This document shows positions 41,640 through 52,060 of a stretch of DNA of 64,000 bases, piece after piece (position 1 is the first letter of the stretch; each line of letters opens with the position of its first letter). The stretch lies in contig NZ_JAAHIH010000001.1 of assembly GCF_010671925.1 (NCBI RefSeq), positions 677,053 through 741,052 of the forward strand, in the 5' to 3' direction. The DNA is from Moorena sp. SIOASIH (GTDB lineage: Bacteria > Cyanobacteriota > Cyanobacteriia > Cyanobacteriales > Coleofasciculaceae). Made by a program: the position numbers and the translations under genes. The notes below the pieces were generated by a model. It worked only from the letters and a program-made list of their open reading frames with translations. It had not been told where the DNA came from and did no database searches.

Positions 41640-41950
41640 TTGCTTAGACACGGCTGATGGAATCGTAAGCTATCAGCTATCAGCGATTAGCGCTACGCGC
41701 ACGCTACTTGAGGTGCTATCAGCGATTAGCGCTACGCGCACGCTACTTGAGGTGCTATCAGCTAATGCGCGTAGCGCAATCGGTGCTTTTGAATACAAGA
41801 GGTAAGCATTCTTTTAATCTGAGTTAAGTCCCAGCGTCGTTCGCACAGCGTGGCCAAAGGCCAAAGCCTGTTCTACGCGAACGAGGTTTATTTTAAGCTG
41901 AAGGCTGACCGCTGACTGCTGAATGCTTACATGGTATCAAACCCTTATCA
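41640..41950. repeat. MITE-like small-repeat cluster including a 45-bp tandem duplication
   Basis: gctatcagcgattagcgctacgcgcacgctacttgaggt occurs twice. The taatctgagttaagtcccagcgt and gctgaatgcttac modules are shared with 54050-54195. Confidence 0.75.
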
Positions 41951-42167
41951 TCAGTTATTGTCAGGCATTTTGGGAGTCAGTAATTACGCAGTTAATCTAC
42001 CTGTAGGGTGTGTTATTAACGCACCCTACTAGTTATCGAGTTTGGTGCCCAGGTTTGCGTAAGTTTTGGGAGGAAAATGTCCCCAGCATCTGACTCCTAA
42101 AATCCCTATCCCCCAGTAATGAAAAGGACTTTATCCATTTACTCAGGGGAACTGAACTCTATAGGGA

Positions 42168-42476
42168 CTAATGCACTGGTCTACAATTGTGTGGAAAGAA
42201 ACCGGGATGTGGAAAGAAAAAGCCACCTTTGCTGGGTTTGAACCGGCTGGGTTTGAACCGGCTGGATTTGGAGCGGCTGGGTTTGAACCGGCTGGTTTTA
42301 AAACCCTTGCTACTTTTACTGCCAAAGAAAAAGCCACCCTTGTTTTTTTTGCCGCCGCCTTCTATACCCTTGAGTTCATCTTCGGTTAGATCTTTCATGA
42401 ACTCATGGAATCCTTCAGACTCCGAAAACAGAGCTGAACCAGCAGGAGGCAGATCAGAAATTGAGAAGTTACTCAT
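42168..42476 (-). CDS. Canonical double-glycine-leader peptide with a cationic repetitive core (bacteriocin-like precursor)
   Basis: Preferred start is MSNFSISDL (42476), which has a GGAG Shine-Dalgarno. The track ORF starts 8 codons earlier with no Shine-Dalgarno. The leader ends MKDLTEDELKGIEGG, matching the consensus Leu(-12)...Glu-Leu(-8/-7)...Ile(-4)-x-Gly-Gly. The core GKKNKGGFFFGSKSSKGFKTSRFKPSRSKSSRFKPSRFKPSKGGFFFPHPGFFPHNCRPVH is encoded by tandem 15-nt repeats. Confidence 0.5.
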   Translation of the reverse strand: MSNFSISDLPPAGSALFSESEGFHEFMKDLTEDELKGIEGGGKKNKGGFFFGSKSSKGFKTSRFKPSRSKSSRFKPSRFKPSKGGFFFPHPGFFPHNCRPVH

Positions 42477-43000
42477 GTTACAATCTCCAATAGTAGACAA
42501 TTGGGGAAAATAAGCACTTCTATTAATTAGCTACTATGTTGCCTGCGACTAGGTTTTGTTAATAGGTAATAGTCAATGGGACATCAGGCATCGTAATCCA
42601 ACTACCAATGACCAATTACCAATGATCAATTACCAATTAAGCATCTCATTATTTTCGCTAATTCATATTACATGCCTATTTTCCGGCGAATTCAGATCAA
42701 GTCCGGTTAATCACGTCCAGAATAGTCCTTTGATTTTTGGCTTACTGTAAGTAATAGATGATGGATAATCTTAAACTACGAATTACCAATGACGAATTCC
42801 CAATTTTCAATTGCCACCATCAGGGATCTTTATGATTATTGAACCGGACTTCCGATGATCTGTGTTTTTGGGACTTTCATAATTTAGCTAGATAAGTTAT
42901 GGCGATGTCGCCACTTTGGCGCTAATTTACAAAAATTCATCAAGATTGACGCTTTGGTAATTGGTAATTGGTAATTAGTAATTAGTAATTAGCTTGGTTC

Positions 43001-43104
43001 ATGTAGGGTGGGCAGTGCAGCAGACAGATAATGAAGCTTGCAAAGCGCGTTGGTAGGCACTGCCCACCCTACGATTAATGACAATGGTGCAAGATCTTAG
43101 TTTG
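43001..43104. repeat. Third copy of the ~100-bp palindromic element found at 37388-37605, embedded in GGTAATT heptamer arrays
   Basis: About 90% identical to the copies after tRNA-Ser. Flanked by (ggtaatt/agtaatt)n at 42961-43000 and 43101-43160. Confidence 0.8.
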
Positions 43105-43457
43105 GTAATTGGTAATTAGTAATTGGTAATTAGTAATTAGTAATTGGTAATTAGTAATTGGAATTACTCCCTCGACCTTAGAGGTTGTCTGAGAAGTCTC
43201 ATTTGCTACACCAAGCCCCCGTTAGTCCCCCAAGCGAGCAATCCCTCGCTTGGGGGACTTTTACCAGCAAATTGATTCTTGTTCCCCCCAGAATTGGGGG
43301 GCTAGGGGGGCAAAATTGAATATCAAAAAACTTTTCAGATATCCTCTTACCCATTACCAAAAAAAACAACGACAACTATAGCAAAGGGAACAGCGGATCA
43401 CCGGAACAGGTAACAGAGAACAGGTAACAGAGAATAGGGAAGTCGAACTGGTGAAGT

Positions 43458-43913
43458 TTAGCCCATCAGTGGACTGCCGTGATGATGCACCAAATACCAA
43501 GAGCCAGCCATAAGCTCAAACATATTGGTTGCTATGGATTCTGCCTCAATCCTTCTACCCTTGCTCACTTGCAACACTTTTTCTAGCACTACAACGTAGG
43601 CCAGAGTCTCCCTGACCTCAGTAGCAATAATCTCTGGTTCAATTTCCAGGTATTGGGTATTCTTAAATATCATTTCCCAAGATGAGCGAATGTCCCGCCA
43701 ACCTTTGATTACATCACGTCCAGGGTGAATACAAAGACTACCAGTGCCTTGAGACCAGACCTTACTCATGGCTTCAATGTCCTTTTTCTCAAAAGCTCGA
43801 TAAAAAGCTGTGTTGGCAGCTAAAACCTCTGTGCGATCGCTACTCATAATTTTTTGTTGACTTTCACAATTGTGAATAGATTTAATTATATATAGTGAAA
43901 TCGGATTAATCAC
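43458..43913 (-). CDS. NTF2-like/SnoaL-like (DUF4440-type) protein
   Basis: 151 aa. The likely start is MSSDRTEVLAANTAFYRAFE (about 43847). Pattern is typical of ketosteroid-isomerase-like folds. Confidence 0.55.
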   Translation of the reverse strand: MINPISLYIIKSIHNCESQQKIMSSDRTEVLAANTAFYRAFEKKDIEAMSKVWSQGTGSLCIHPGRDVIKGWRDIRSSWEMIFKNTQYLEIEPEIIATEVRETLAYVVVLEKVLQVSKGRRIEAESIATNMFELMAGSWYLVHHHGSPLMG

Positions 43914-43926
43914 ATGTAAGCATTAA

Positions 43927-44075
43927 GCGGTCAGCGGTCAGCGGTCAGCGGTCAGTAGTCAGTGGTCAGTGATCAGTAGTCAGTGGTCAGTGGTCAGTGG
44001 TCAGTGGTCAGTGGTCAGTGGTCAGTGGTCAGCGGTCAGTGGTCAGTGGTCAGTGGTCAGTGGTCAGTGGTCAGC
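43927..44075. repeat. STRR-like heptamer array (GGTCAGC/GGTCAGT)n
   Basis: About 21 tandem heptamers upstream of the Tab2-like gene. Confidence 0.9.
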
Positions 44076-44207
44076 TGATTTTATTCAAAAGCTGAAAGCT
44101 GATAGCTCATAGCTAATAACTGATAGCTAATAACTAATAGCTAATAACTGATAGCTAATAACTGATAGCTGACGGATTGCGCTCTTGGAGCCGTATCATA
44201 AATATGG

Positions 44208-45092
44208 GTGAGATTATCTTATGGTGGCATGGAAACAATTTGGGAACTCGATTTTTACTCCCGCCCAATTTTGGACGAAAATCAGAAGAAACTTTGGGAA
44301 GTCTTAATTTGCGAGAGTCCTTTGGACATCAACCTCTCACCTGAGACACTGTTTCAATACGCTAGTTGGTGTCCCAACCAGCAGGTGAATTCAATTTGGT
44401 TGGGGCAGGCTTTGGCAGATGCGATCGCAAAAGCTCAACAGCCACCAACCAAGATTCGCTTCTTTCGGCGTCAGATGAACAATATGATTACCAAAGCCTG
44501 TAATGAGCTTAATATTCCAGCTCAACCCAGCCGTCGCACCTATGCTTTGGAGCGATGGTTAAAACAAAGGATAGAGGACTTTTATCCCAATCAACCAGGC
44601 TATGACCCCGCAGCCGCTGCTTCCTCATTTGTCCGTTATCAATCCCCCATCCCGAAACCATTACCCGATGCCTTGCAGGGACAGAAGTGGGCAGTTGTAA
44701 GTCTACAAGCCGCTGCCTTTGAGGAAATGAATGAGTGGGAGATTGACTTTGGTGAAGCCTTCCCGGTCTCGATCATGGACATTGCCCAAGAAACCCCCAT
44801 TCCCGGTCTGATTATATTTTCCCAACGAGCCAAACCCCTAGCCGCATGGATGTCAGGCTTGGAGCTATCCTTTGTCAGACTTGACACTAGCGATGATACG
44901 CCAAGGTTGTTACTGGAAACTGGTGCCAATGATAGCTGGATTATCGCTAACCTGACCAAATCCCAAATTCTGGCAGAGGCAAAAAGCTTTGAAGAAGCAA
45001 AGCAGAAAGCTAATCTTGTCCATTTTCTGGCCGTACAATCGAGTCCAACTTCAGAACGGTTTGCTGGATTTTGGCTATGCCGGGAGTTATAA
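44208..45092 (+). CDS. Tab2/ATAB2-family (DUF1092) RNA-binding protein
   Basis: 294 aa. The N-terminal WELDFYSRPILDENQKKLWEVLICES matches the conserved cyanobacterial/chloroplast Tab2 motif as I recall it. Confidence 0.6.
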   Translation: MRLSYGGMETIWELDFYSRPILDENQKKLWEVLICESPLDINLSPETLFQYASWCPNQQVNSIWLGQALADAIAKAQQPPTKIRFFRRQMNNMITKACNELNIPAQPSRRTYALERWLKQRIEDFYPNQPGYDPAAAASSFVRYQSPIPKPLPDALQGQKWAVVSLQAAAFEEMNEWEIDFGEAFPVSIMDIAQETPIPGLIIFSQRAKPLAAWMSGLELSFVRLDTSDDTPRLLLETGANDSWIIANLTKSQILAEAKSFEEAKQKANLVHFLAVQSSPTSERFAGFWLCREL

Positions 45093-45362
45093 GACAAGGC
45101 AAAAGGCAACAGGCAACAGGCAACAGGCAACAGGCAAAAGGCAACAGGCAACAGGCAACAGGCAAAAGGCAAAAGGCAAAAGGCAAAAGGCAAAAATGAA
45201 TTGTGAGAATTTTGGTTCCCTACTCCCTACTCCCTACTCCCTACAAAAGAACCCGTAGAACAATAACCTGTTCTACGGGTCCTGAAAGTACTGGCGCAGC
45301 TGCCCAGTCAAAGCTACCAGCAGCATTACTCGTATTACACTAGGCTGCCCCAGGCTGGAGTG

Positions 45363-45776
45363 TTACCCAGCCAATGGCAGCACGCACTGACCAAATAACT
45401 GATTGTATTCGCTTATAGCCGGGCACAGGCACGCGCTGGGATAACCAAGGGGATTGATATCCTTTGTACATGGACCCAGAGGTATTGCTTGAATTGAACA
45501 TGAACTTTTAACCGAGATAGCGTCAAATCCCCGGCTAGTTGCCTGATAAATGTCGTCGATCAAGCAATACCCGACATTTGCGTCATATTCATATCCATCC
45601 GGGCACGCGCAAATACTACTATTGCCGCAGGGGTTGTAATCCTGAGTACAAATGCTATCAGGAGCTATAACGGCTGGCATCTCTTGGGCGATTGCTGCAG
45701 GGGAGACCATCAAAAATAGCTGCACTGCCATCAAGAATGCGAAGATCGCTTTTAAGGGTCTGAAAAATCTTTTCAT
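45363..45776 (-). CDS. Secreted cysteine-rich hypothetical protein
   Basis: 137 aa. Signal peptide MKRFFRPLKAIFAFLMAVQLFLMVSPAAIAQE. Twelve Cys. Confidence 0.6.
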   Translation of the reverse strand: MKRFFRPLKAIFAFLMAVQLFLMVSPAAIAQEMPAVIAPDSICTQDYNPCGNSSICACPDGYEYDANVGYCLIDDIYQATSRGFDAISVKSSCSIQAIPLGPCTKDINPLGYPSACLCPAISEYNQLFGQCVLPLAG

Positions 45777-45999
45777 GTTTTTTCGTTTTTTATCTCAACT
45801 ATATATAGATATATCAGATATATCTATATCTATATAGATTCTTCGACGTTTTGGAGGGGTGCAAATTAATGCAATATTGGTAGATGATCACCTACCTAAG
45901 CTGTTGGGCATTTAAGTTGGATATTCCCTGTTCCCTGTTCCCTGTTCCCTGTTCCCTGTTCCCTGTTCCCTGTTCCCTGTTCCCTACTCCCTTTGCAAT

Positions 46000-47334
46000 A
46001 TGAGTGCTGAAACTATACCGCAAGAGCTGCAAGCTGAACAACTGTTAGACTTAGCAGCTAAATCAGGAGCGACTAGTGCAGAGGTTTATCAGTCGCGGAC
46101 GCTTTCTCGTCCTGTGTTTTTTGAAGCTAATCGGCTCAAACAAATCGAAAGTAGTCAATCGGAAGGGACAGCGCTACGGTTATGGCGAGACGGACGTCCG
46201 GGACTAGCAGTGGGCTATGGAGCAGTGGCAGCCCAAGATTTAGTAGACCGGGCAATGGCCATGACTGGACTCAATGAACCGGAATCCATAGAACTGGCTG
46301 ATGGTCCTAGCGCTAACTATCCCGACTCACCAGAAACTATACCGATAGAAGAACTAGTAGCAATCGGCTCGGATGCGATCGCATTAATGCGCGATGCCTA
46401 CCCAGAAGTGTTGTGTAGCGCTGAGTCGGAATGGGAGTCAGAAACGACTAGCCTAATTAACTCTGAAGGATTACATTGCTCTTACACTGACACAACCCTC
46501 AGTTATTTCCTTGGGGTAGAATGGGTCAGGGGTGAAGACTTTTTAAGTGTCGGTGATGGTACACAAATTCGATTAAGCCCATCTTCAAGCAAGGAAACCC
46601 TAAACACCAACAAAGTCCTAGACCAAATCTTACAACGCCTCAACTGGGCAACGGAAAATGTCTCTACTCCCAGTGGTCGTGTGCCAATTTTGTTGACCTG
46701 TAAAGCAGCGGATTTGCTATGGGGCACTGTGGAAGCAGCTTTAAATGGAAAACGGGTACTTGAAAAAGCCACCCCCTGGAGTGATAGTCTAGGTCAGGTG
46801 GTTACCTCAAAAAACCTGACCCTGTTTCAACAACCCAATCCTGAATTTCCCTACAGTTGCCCCTTTGATGATGAAGGCACCCCTACCCAATCCCTAGTAT
46901 TTATCAGTGAAGGGCAATTGCAACAGTTTTTTTGCGATCGCACTACCGGTCGCTTACTGGGAACTGGTACAACTGGCAATGGATTTCGCCCTAGCCTAGG
47001 CAGCTACCCAACCCCTGATCTAGTCAACTTACTGATTAAACCAGGCCAAGGGTCACTCAATGACTTAATTCGACAATTAGACCAAGGATTAGTCATAGAC
47101 CAGATTCTTGGCGGTAGTGCTGGCATCTCCGGTGACTTTTCCGTCAATGTTGAGTTAGGGTATCGAGTGCAACAAGGAAAGATTATTGGTAGAGTCAAAG
47201 ACACCATGGTAGCTGGGAATGTCTACAATACCCTTAAGCAATTAGTACTACTGGGTGATGATGCTGACTGGCAGGATAGCATCTACACACCCTCTCTAAT
47301 TGTGGAAGGACTATCGGTAACCTCTAGTCATTAG
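46000..47334 (+). CDS. TldD/PmbA-family metallopeptidase
   Basis: 444 aa with typical PmbA/TldD N- and C-terminal blocks (GGSAGISGDFSVNVELGY...). Confidence 0.75.
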   Translation: MSAETIPQELQAEQLLDLAAKSGATSAEVYQSRTLSRPVFFEANRLKQIESSQSEGTALRLWRDGRPGLAVGYGAVAAQDLVDRAMAMTGLNEPESIELADGPSANYPDSPETIPIEELVAIGSDAIALMRDAYPEVLCSAESEWESETTSLINSEGLHCSYTDTTLSYFLGVEWVRGEDFLSVGDGTQIRLSPSSSKETLNTNKVLDQILQRLNWATENVSTPSGRVPILLTCKAADLLWGTVEAALNGKRVLEKATPWSDSLGQVVTSKNLTLFQQPNPEFPYSCPFDDEGTPTQSLVFISEGQLQQFFCDRTTGRLLGTGTTGNGFRPSLGSYPTPDLVNLLIKPGQGSLNDLIRQLDQGLVIDQILGGSAGISGDFSVNVELGYRVQQGKIIGRVKDTMVAGNVYNTLKQLVLLGDDADWQDSIYTPSLIVEGLSVTSSH

Positions 47335-47737
47335 TGCGTCAGATACATTTAACCCGGTAATTCCCGGCAGATGCTGGAATCCGTGTATAGCACGTCAATT
47401 AACAATTGACGAGGAGGTATCTCTTTTGGCTTTGCAGGAAAATCCCAAAAGCGCTTTTGCTTACAGTCAATGCATTTACTACAGAACAACTTAAGTGTTG
47501 TTTGATACTTCAATGACTCTCAGCTCGATTATTGCTTCTGGAGTCTTTATCTGAGACTCCCAAATCTCAAGCTTCTGTGGCTGTTAAGGGAATTATACCA
47601 GATAAACTTGACGAAAAACCGGAAACTTCCCGCAGAATCATTGATTAGGACTTAACAGTTGTAACTACAGAAATTCTCCTGGTATTTACAAAGTACCTAG
47701 GAAGAATCAATAATGAAAATTAACCCATGATCAATCA

Positions 47738-50365
47738 ATGATCAATCCCATTACCCAATGGCTGATCCCTAAAAGAAGTCTTGCCCTTGCCGAAGCCTGT
47801 CTGATTGGATTCGTCTCAGGACTCTCAGCAGTATTACTCAAACAAAGTATTGGCTGGTTAGGGAGTTGGCGACTTCAAGCGGCTCTAATCCTACCCCCTA
47901 GCTTTGCCCTACCCGCTTTTGGACTCTGCTTAGGATTACTGTGCGGATTCCTGATTGAGTTTGTAGCATCAGAAGCAACAGGTAGTGGCGTACCTCAGAT
48001 CAAAGGTGCCCTTGCTCGGTTTCCTATCGCGATGAATTTACGGGTGGCTGCGGTCAAGTTGGTCAGTACTATCCTATCTCTGGCGGCGGGAATGACCATG
48101 GGACGGCAAGGCCCAACCGTTCATATTGGGGCAGCTTTGGCAGCTCAATTGACTCGCTGGGTACCCACCTCTCCTGATCACCGACGTCAAATGATTGCTG
48201 CTGGGGCTGGGGCTGGATTAGCCGCTGGGTTTAATGCTCCCCTGGCTAGTGTAGCCTTTATCTTTGAGGAACTGTTACCAGATTTATCTAGTATAACTCT
48301 GGGTAGTGCTATTCTAGCATCCTTTATTGGTGCGGTGGTTTCCCGGCTCTTGGGTGGAGGTACCCTAGAGCTGAATCGGGAACTAAGCAATTTTTCCAGC
48401 ACCTTTTCCGCTCTTGAGATTCCCTTCTATTTATTGTTGGGGGTGTTGGCTGGATTGCTAGCAGCTTTGTTTAATCAGGGAATTCTCTCCAGTCTGAATT
48501 TTTACGACCGCCTCAAGCTCAGCTTACCATTGCGGATTGGTATAGCTGGGATGCTTGGTGGGTGTATTGTAGCACTGCTACCGGATGAGTTCCATAACAA
48601 CAGTGGTTTGCGGGAGTTGTTGCTCACTGGTCATGTCGGCTGGGAATTTACTTGCCTCGCTTTTGTAATCTACTTCTTACTAACCATAATTGCCTATGGT
48701 TCTGGAGCACCAGGGGGGTTATTTCATCCTTCCCTAGTTTTGGGTTCCGCATTAGGCTATTTAGTTGGCATCGGTGAGTATCACCTGCTCGGATTAGGTT
48801 CTCCGATTACCTACGCCTTGGCAGGGATGGGAGCATTTTTTAGTGCCGTTTCTAAGGTACCCATCACCGCCATTGTGATCGTGTTTGAGATGACAACGGA
48901 CTTTAATTTAGTCCTACCGTTAATGATCACCTGTGTGGTTTCCTACCTAGTTGCCGATCAATTAGCCAAAGGGTCTCTCTATCAACGTTTGTTGGATAGG
49001 AAAGGCTACAGCTTGCCTAAAGTAAAGGTGGACAAAAGAACTTTAGCTGGTTTGAAAGCATCTGACATCATGCAGCGCCGGGTAGAAACCCTAGGGAGTC
49101 AGATGACTTTAGATCAAGCCATTCAGACCTTTAGTAACTCTAGTCATCGGGGCTTTCCAGTAGTTGCTCACGGTAAATTGGTCGGGATAATTACTCAAGA
49201 AGATATTGCCAAGAACCGAGACCGACTGCCAGGGAATACCCCTATCAAAGAGGTGATGACTCCACAACCGATAACAGTTAGACACAATGACACCTTAAGC
49301 CACGTTCTATACATTCTTAATCGTTATCACCTCAATCGCTTACCTGTTCTAGAAAACAGGAAGTTAGTTGGAATCATTACCTTTAGTGATATTATTCGTG
49401 CTGAAGCTAACCAACTTAGTGGGGAAAAAGAGCAACTAGGACCAAGTCCTGATCCCTCCTATGGCGTGTATTATACTCGCGCTCCAGCTACCGGCAGTGG
49501 ACGGATGTTGGTTCCCCTAGCTAATCCCCAATCAGCACCAGTATTGTTGGAAATAGCTACTGCTATTGGCCGCGATCGCGACTATGAACTTGAGTGTTTG
49601 CAGGTAATACCTATCTCCCGCAGCAATAGTCCTGCTCAGACAGCAGTTGATACTACTAAAAGTCGCAGATTGCTAAGGCAAGCGGAAAGGCTAGGGCGAC
49701 GGTGGGAAATGCCAGTTCACACCCAAATCCGGATATCCCACGATACCGCTCAAGCAATTCTAGAAACTATTAAACAACGACATATTAATCTGATTTTGAT
49801 GGGATGGAAAGGAGGACCATCTAATAGTCCTAATCAGATTTTTGGTAATATTATTGATACCTTGATTCGACAAGCTCCCTGTGATTTAGTCTTGCTGAAA
49901 TTACCCCAAGGCAAGGAAGTAGTAGATCATGTTAAATCTGCTAAGTACGGTTCACTAGCTAAGACCTGGAAGCGTTGGTTAATCCCCATTGCTGGTGGAC
50001 CCAACTCTAGCCGTGCCCTACAATTAATTCCGATACTAGCAACCCTTGCTAAAGCAGAGCAAATCGTAGTAGCTCAGGTTTTTAACCCTCAAGCTGGGGA
50101 ACCTGTAATGACTAGCTTAGAAAAAGCTACCTATTTCCTCCAACAGCAAGTCAAAGGTATTTGTGATGTGCTACCAATTGCGATCCGTTCCTATTCTGTT
50201 TCTGAGGCTTTGATTCGTTTAGTAAATGCTCAAAAGTATGATGTAGTCGTGATCGGAGCTAGTCGAGAGGGATTATTGCAGCAGGTGATTAATGGGAATA
50301 TTCCCGAAGCGATCGCACGGGGTGTAGATAGTACTGTGATTTTGGTTAGGGAAGCGCTTCATTAA
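47738..50365 (+). CDS. ClC-family chloride channel fused to a CBS pair and tandem universal-stress-protein (UspA) domains
   Basis: 875 aa. ClC selectivity motifs GSGVPQ, GRQGP, GLFHP; CBS pair at about 440-560; USP-like domains in the C-terminal 300 aa. Confidence 0.85.
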   Translation: MINPITQWLIPKRSLALAEACLIGFVSGLSAVLLKQSIGWLGSWRLQAALILPPSFALPAFGLCLGLLCGFLIEFVASEATGSGVPQIKGALARFPIAMNLRVAAVKLVSTILSLAAGMTMGRQGPTVHIGAALAAQLTRWVPTSPDHRRQMIAAGAGAGLAAGFNAPLASVAFIFEELLPDLSSITLGSAILASFIGAVVSRLLGGGTLELNRELSNFSSTFSALEIPFYLLLGVLAGLLAALFNQGILSSLNFYDRLKLSLPLRIGIAGMLGGCIVALLPDEFHNNSGLRELLLTGHVGWEFTCLAFVIYFLLTIIAYGSGAPGGLFHPSLVLGSALGYLVGIGEYHLLGLGSPITYALAGMGAFFSAVSKVPITAIVIVFEMTTDFNLVLPLMITCVVSYLVADQLAKGSLYQRLLDRKGYSLPKVKVDKRTLAGLKASDIMQRRVETLGSQMTLDQAIQTFSNSSHRGFPVVAHGKLVGIITQEDIAKNRDRLPGNTPIKEVMTPQPITVRHNDTLSHVLYILNRYHLNRLPVLENRKLVGIITFSDIIRAEANQLSGEKEQLGPSPDPSYGVYYTRAPATGSGRMLVPLANPQSAPVLLEIATAIGRDRDYELECLQVIPISRSNSPAQTAVDTTKSRRLLRQAERLGRRWEMPVHTQIRISHDTAQAILETIKQRHINLILMGWKGGPSNSPNQIFGNIIDTLIRQAPCDLVLLKLPQGKEVVDHVKSAKYGSLAKTWKRWLIPIAGGPNSSRALQLIPILATLAKAEQIVVAQVFNPQAGEPVMTSLEKATYFLQQQVKGICDVLPIAIRSYSVSEALIRLVNAQKYDVVVIGASREGLLQQVINGNIPEAIARGVDSTVILVREALH

Positions 50366-50673
50366 TTAGGGAGTCGGGAACAGGGAACAGGGAACAGTGG
50401 TAAGTATTCAGCTATCAGCTTATGCGCTACGCGCACGCTACGCGAACAGCTATCAGCAGGAAATAGCTGCAAGTAGCCTCTAATATTATCACAAATTGGG
50501 ATTGAGTTTTATAGCAATTCTAAATATAGAATGAACAATCTTGCTGATTTATCATAACATCAAAAACTCTTGGGATTTCTTTTATACTACTCCCTATTAC
50601 CTGCTTCGATGCTCCCTAAAACCCAGAACGAAAGTACTTCAACGAATTTGAAATCGCTGTGACAACTGCTGTC

Positions 50674-52041
50674 TTATTCTTCATAAAAATTCAAAGCAAA
50701 ATCCAAAACTTGAATAATAAAATCAACATCTGCTTTTGTAATACAAAGGGGTGGTTTAATACGTATAACATTACGATGTAAACCACCTTTACCAATGAGT
50801 AGTCCTAAATTTTTGGATAGTTCATGAATTTGGGCAACCAGCTCAGAGTTTGGCTCTTTTGTTTGACGATTTTTAACTAAATCAACACCAATCATTAGTC
50901 CGCAACCACGAACATCACCAATACATTCATGGGTTTCTTGTAAATGCTGAATAGATTTGAGTAAATAATCCCCAACTATGGCACAATTTTGTTGTATATT
51001 GTCCCTTTCAATTGTCTCTAAAACTGCTTTACCTGCTGCACAAGAAACAGGGTTACCCGCAAATGTATTAAAGTGGAGCTTTTGAGTAAATGCTTGGGCA
51101 ATTTCCGGTGTTGTCACCACAGCAGCAAGAGGTACTCCATTACCAATACCCTTAGCTAAGGTGACAATATCAGGTTTGACATCGTGAAGTTCAAAACCCC
51201 AAAAAGCTTTACCCGTTCTACAAAATCCAGTTTGTACTTCATCCGCAATAAATAATCCATCTGCTTGATGAACATAATCATAGACTTTTTTGAGGTAGCC
51301 ATCTGGATAAACAATTGTTCCCCCTACTCCTTGAATAGACTCTGCAATAAAACCAGCAATCTTGCCAGAGGTTGCATATTGAATTAGATTCTTAACTTCA
51401 TTTGCATATTTATCAGCAACATTATTTTCATGGTTATTCCAAGCACCTCTGTAAACATCGGCATTCATAGCATGATGAATACCAAAATTATGAGGAGTAT
51501 GATATTTCCAAGTACTATGAGATGTTAATCCCATGGAATTACCACTCATACCATGATATCCATTCTGGAGGGTAATGATATCAAAATTTTCCGTATAAAC
51601 CCTCGCCATCAGCATTGCTAAATCATTCGCTTCTGAACCCGAATTAACAAAATAAACCATTGATAAATGATCGGGCATTTTATCTACTAACATTTTGCTA
51701 TATTGAGAAATAGTGGGGTGTAGATAAAGTGTCGTCGCGTGTTGCAATTTTGCTGATTGTTCTTGTACAGCTTTAACCACATGAGGATGGCAATGACCCA
51801 CACTGATTGTCGCAATTCCAGCAAAACCATCTAAATAGCGTTTTCCCGTTTCATCGAACACATATTGCATCGAACCCTCAACAATCATGAGCGGTTGCTG
51901 ATAGTAAGTGTCAACCACTGGGTTCACATATTGTTGTCTTAAATCAATAACTTGTTGTTTTGAAAGTCCTACATAAGGATGGGGATGATAATCGTATGGG
52001 GGAATAGAGGGTCTATCCTGGGAAAGTTTTTTATTCTGCAT
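50674..52041 (-). CDS. Class-III (AGXT2/GABA-AT-like) PLP-dependent aminotransferase
   Basis: 455 aa. Shows the SGSEANDLA, ADEVQTGFCRTG and TLAKGIGNG blocks with the Lys of the PLP site. Confidence 0.85.
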   Translation of the reverse strand: MQNKKLSQDRPSIPPYDYHPHPYVGLSKQQVIDLRQQYVNPVVDTYYQQPLMIVEGSMQYVFDETGKRYLDGFAGIATISVGHCHPHVVKAVQEQSAKLQHATTLYLHPTISQYSKMLVDKMPDHLSMVYFVNSGSEANDLAMLMARVYTENFDIITLQNGYHGMSGNSMGLTSHSTWKYHTPHNFGIHHAMNADVYRGAWNNHENNVADKYANEVKNLIQYATSGKIAGFIAESIQGVGGTIVYPDGYLKKVYDYVHQADGLFIADEVQTGFCRTGKAFWGFELHDVKPDIVTLAKGIGNGVPLAAVVTTPEIAQAFTQKLHFNTFAGNPVSCAAGKAVLETIERDNIQQNCAIVGDYLLKSIQHLQETHECIGDVRGCGLMIGVDLVKNRQTKEPNSELVAQIHELSKNLGLLIGKGGLHRNVIRIKPPLCITKADVDFIIQVLDFALNFYEE

Positions 52042-52060
52042 GATTATAGAAAGATCAGCT

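Noticed and set aside
42187-42513. Plus-strand 108-aa ORF (and 42171-42389) overlapping the GG-leader peptide gene
   Set aside because: It is antisense to an ORF with a consensus GG leader and Shine-Dalgarno. It is generated by the same 15-nt repeats.
43927-44075. Heptamer arrays as possible CRISPR arrays
   Set aside because: The units are 7 nt with no unique spacers, so they are STRR-type microsatellites and not CRISPR. No cas genes are in the window.
44639-45258. ORFs 44639-45193 (minus) and 44989-45258 (plus)
   Set aside because: They are antisense to, or overlap, the Tab2-like gene and run through GGCAACA heptamers.
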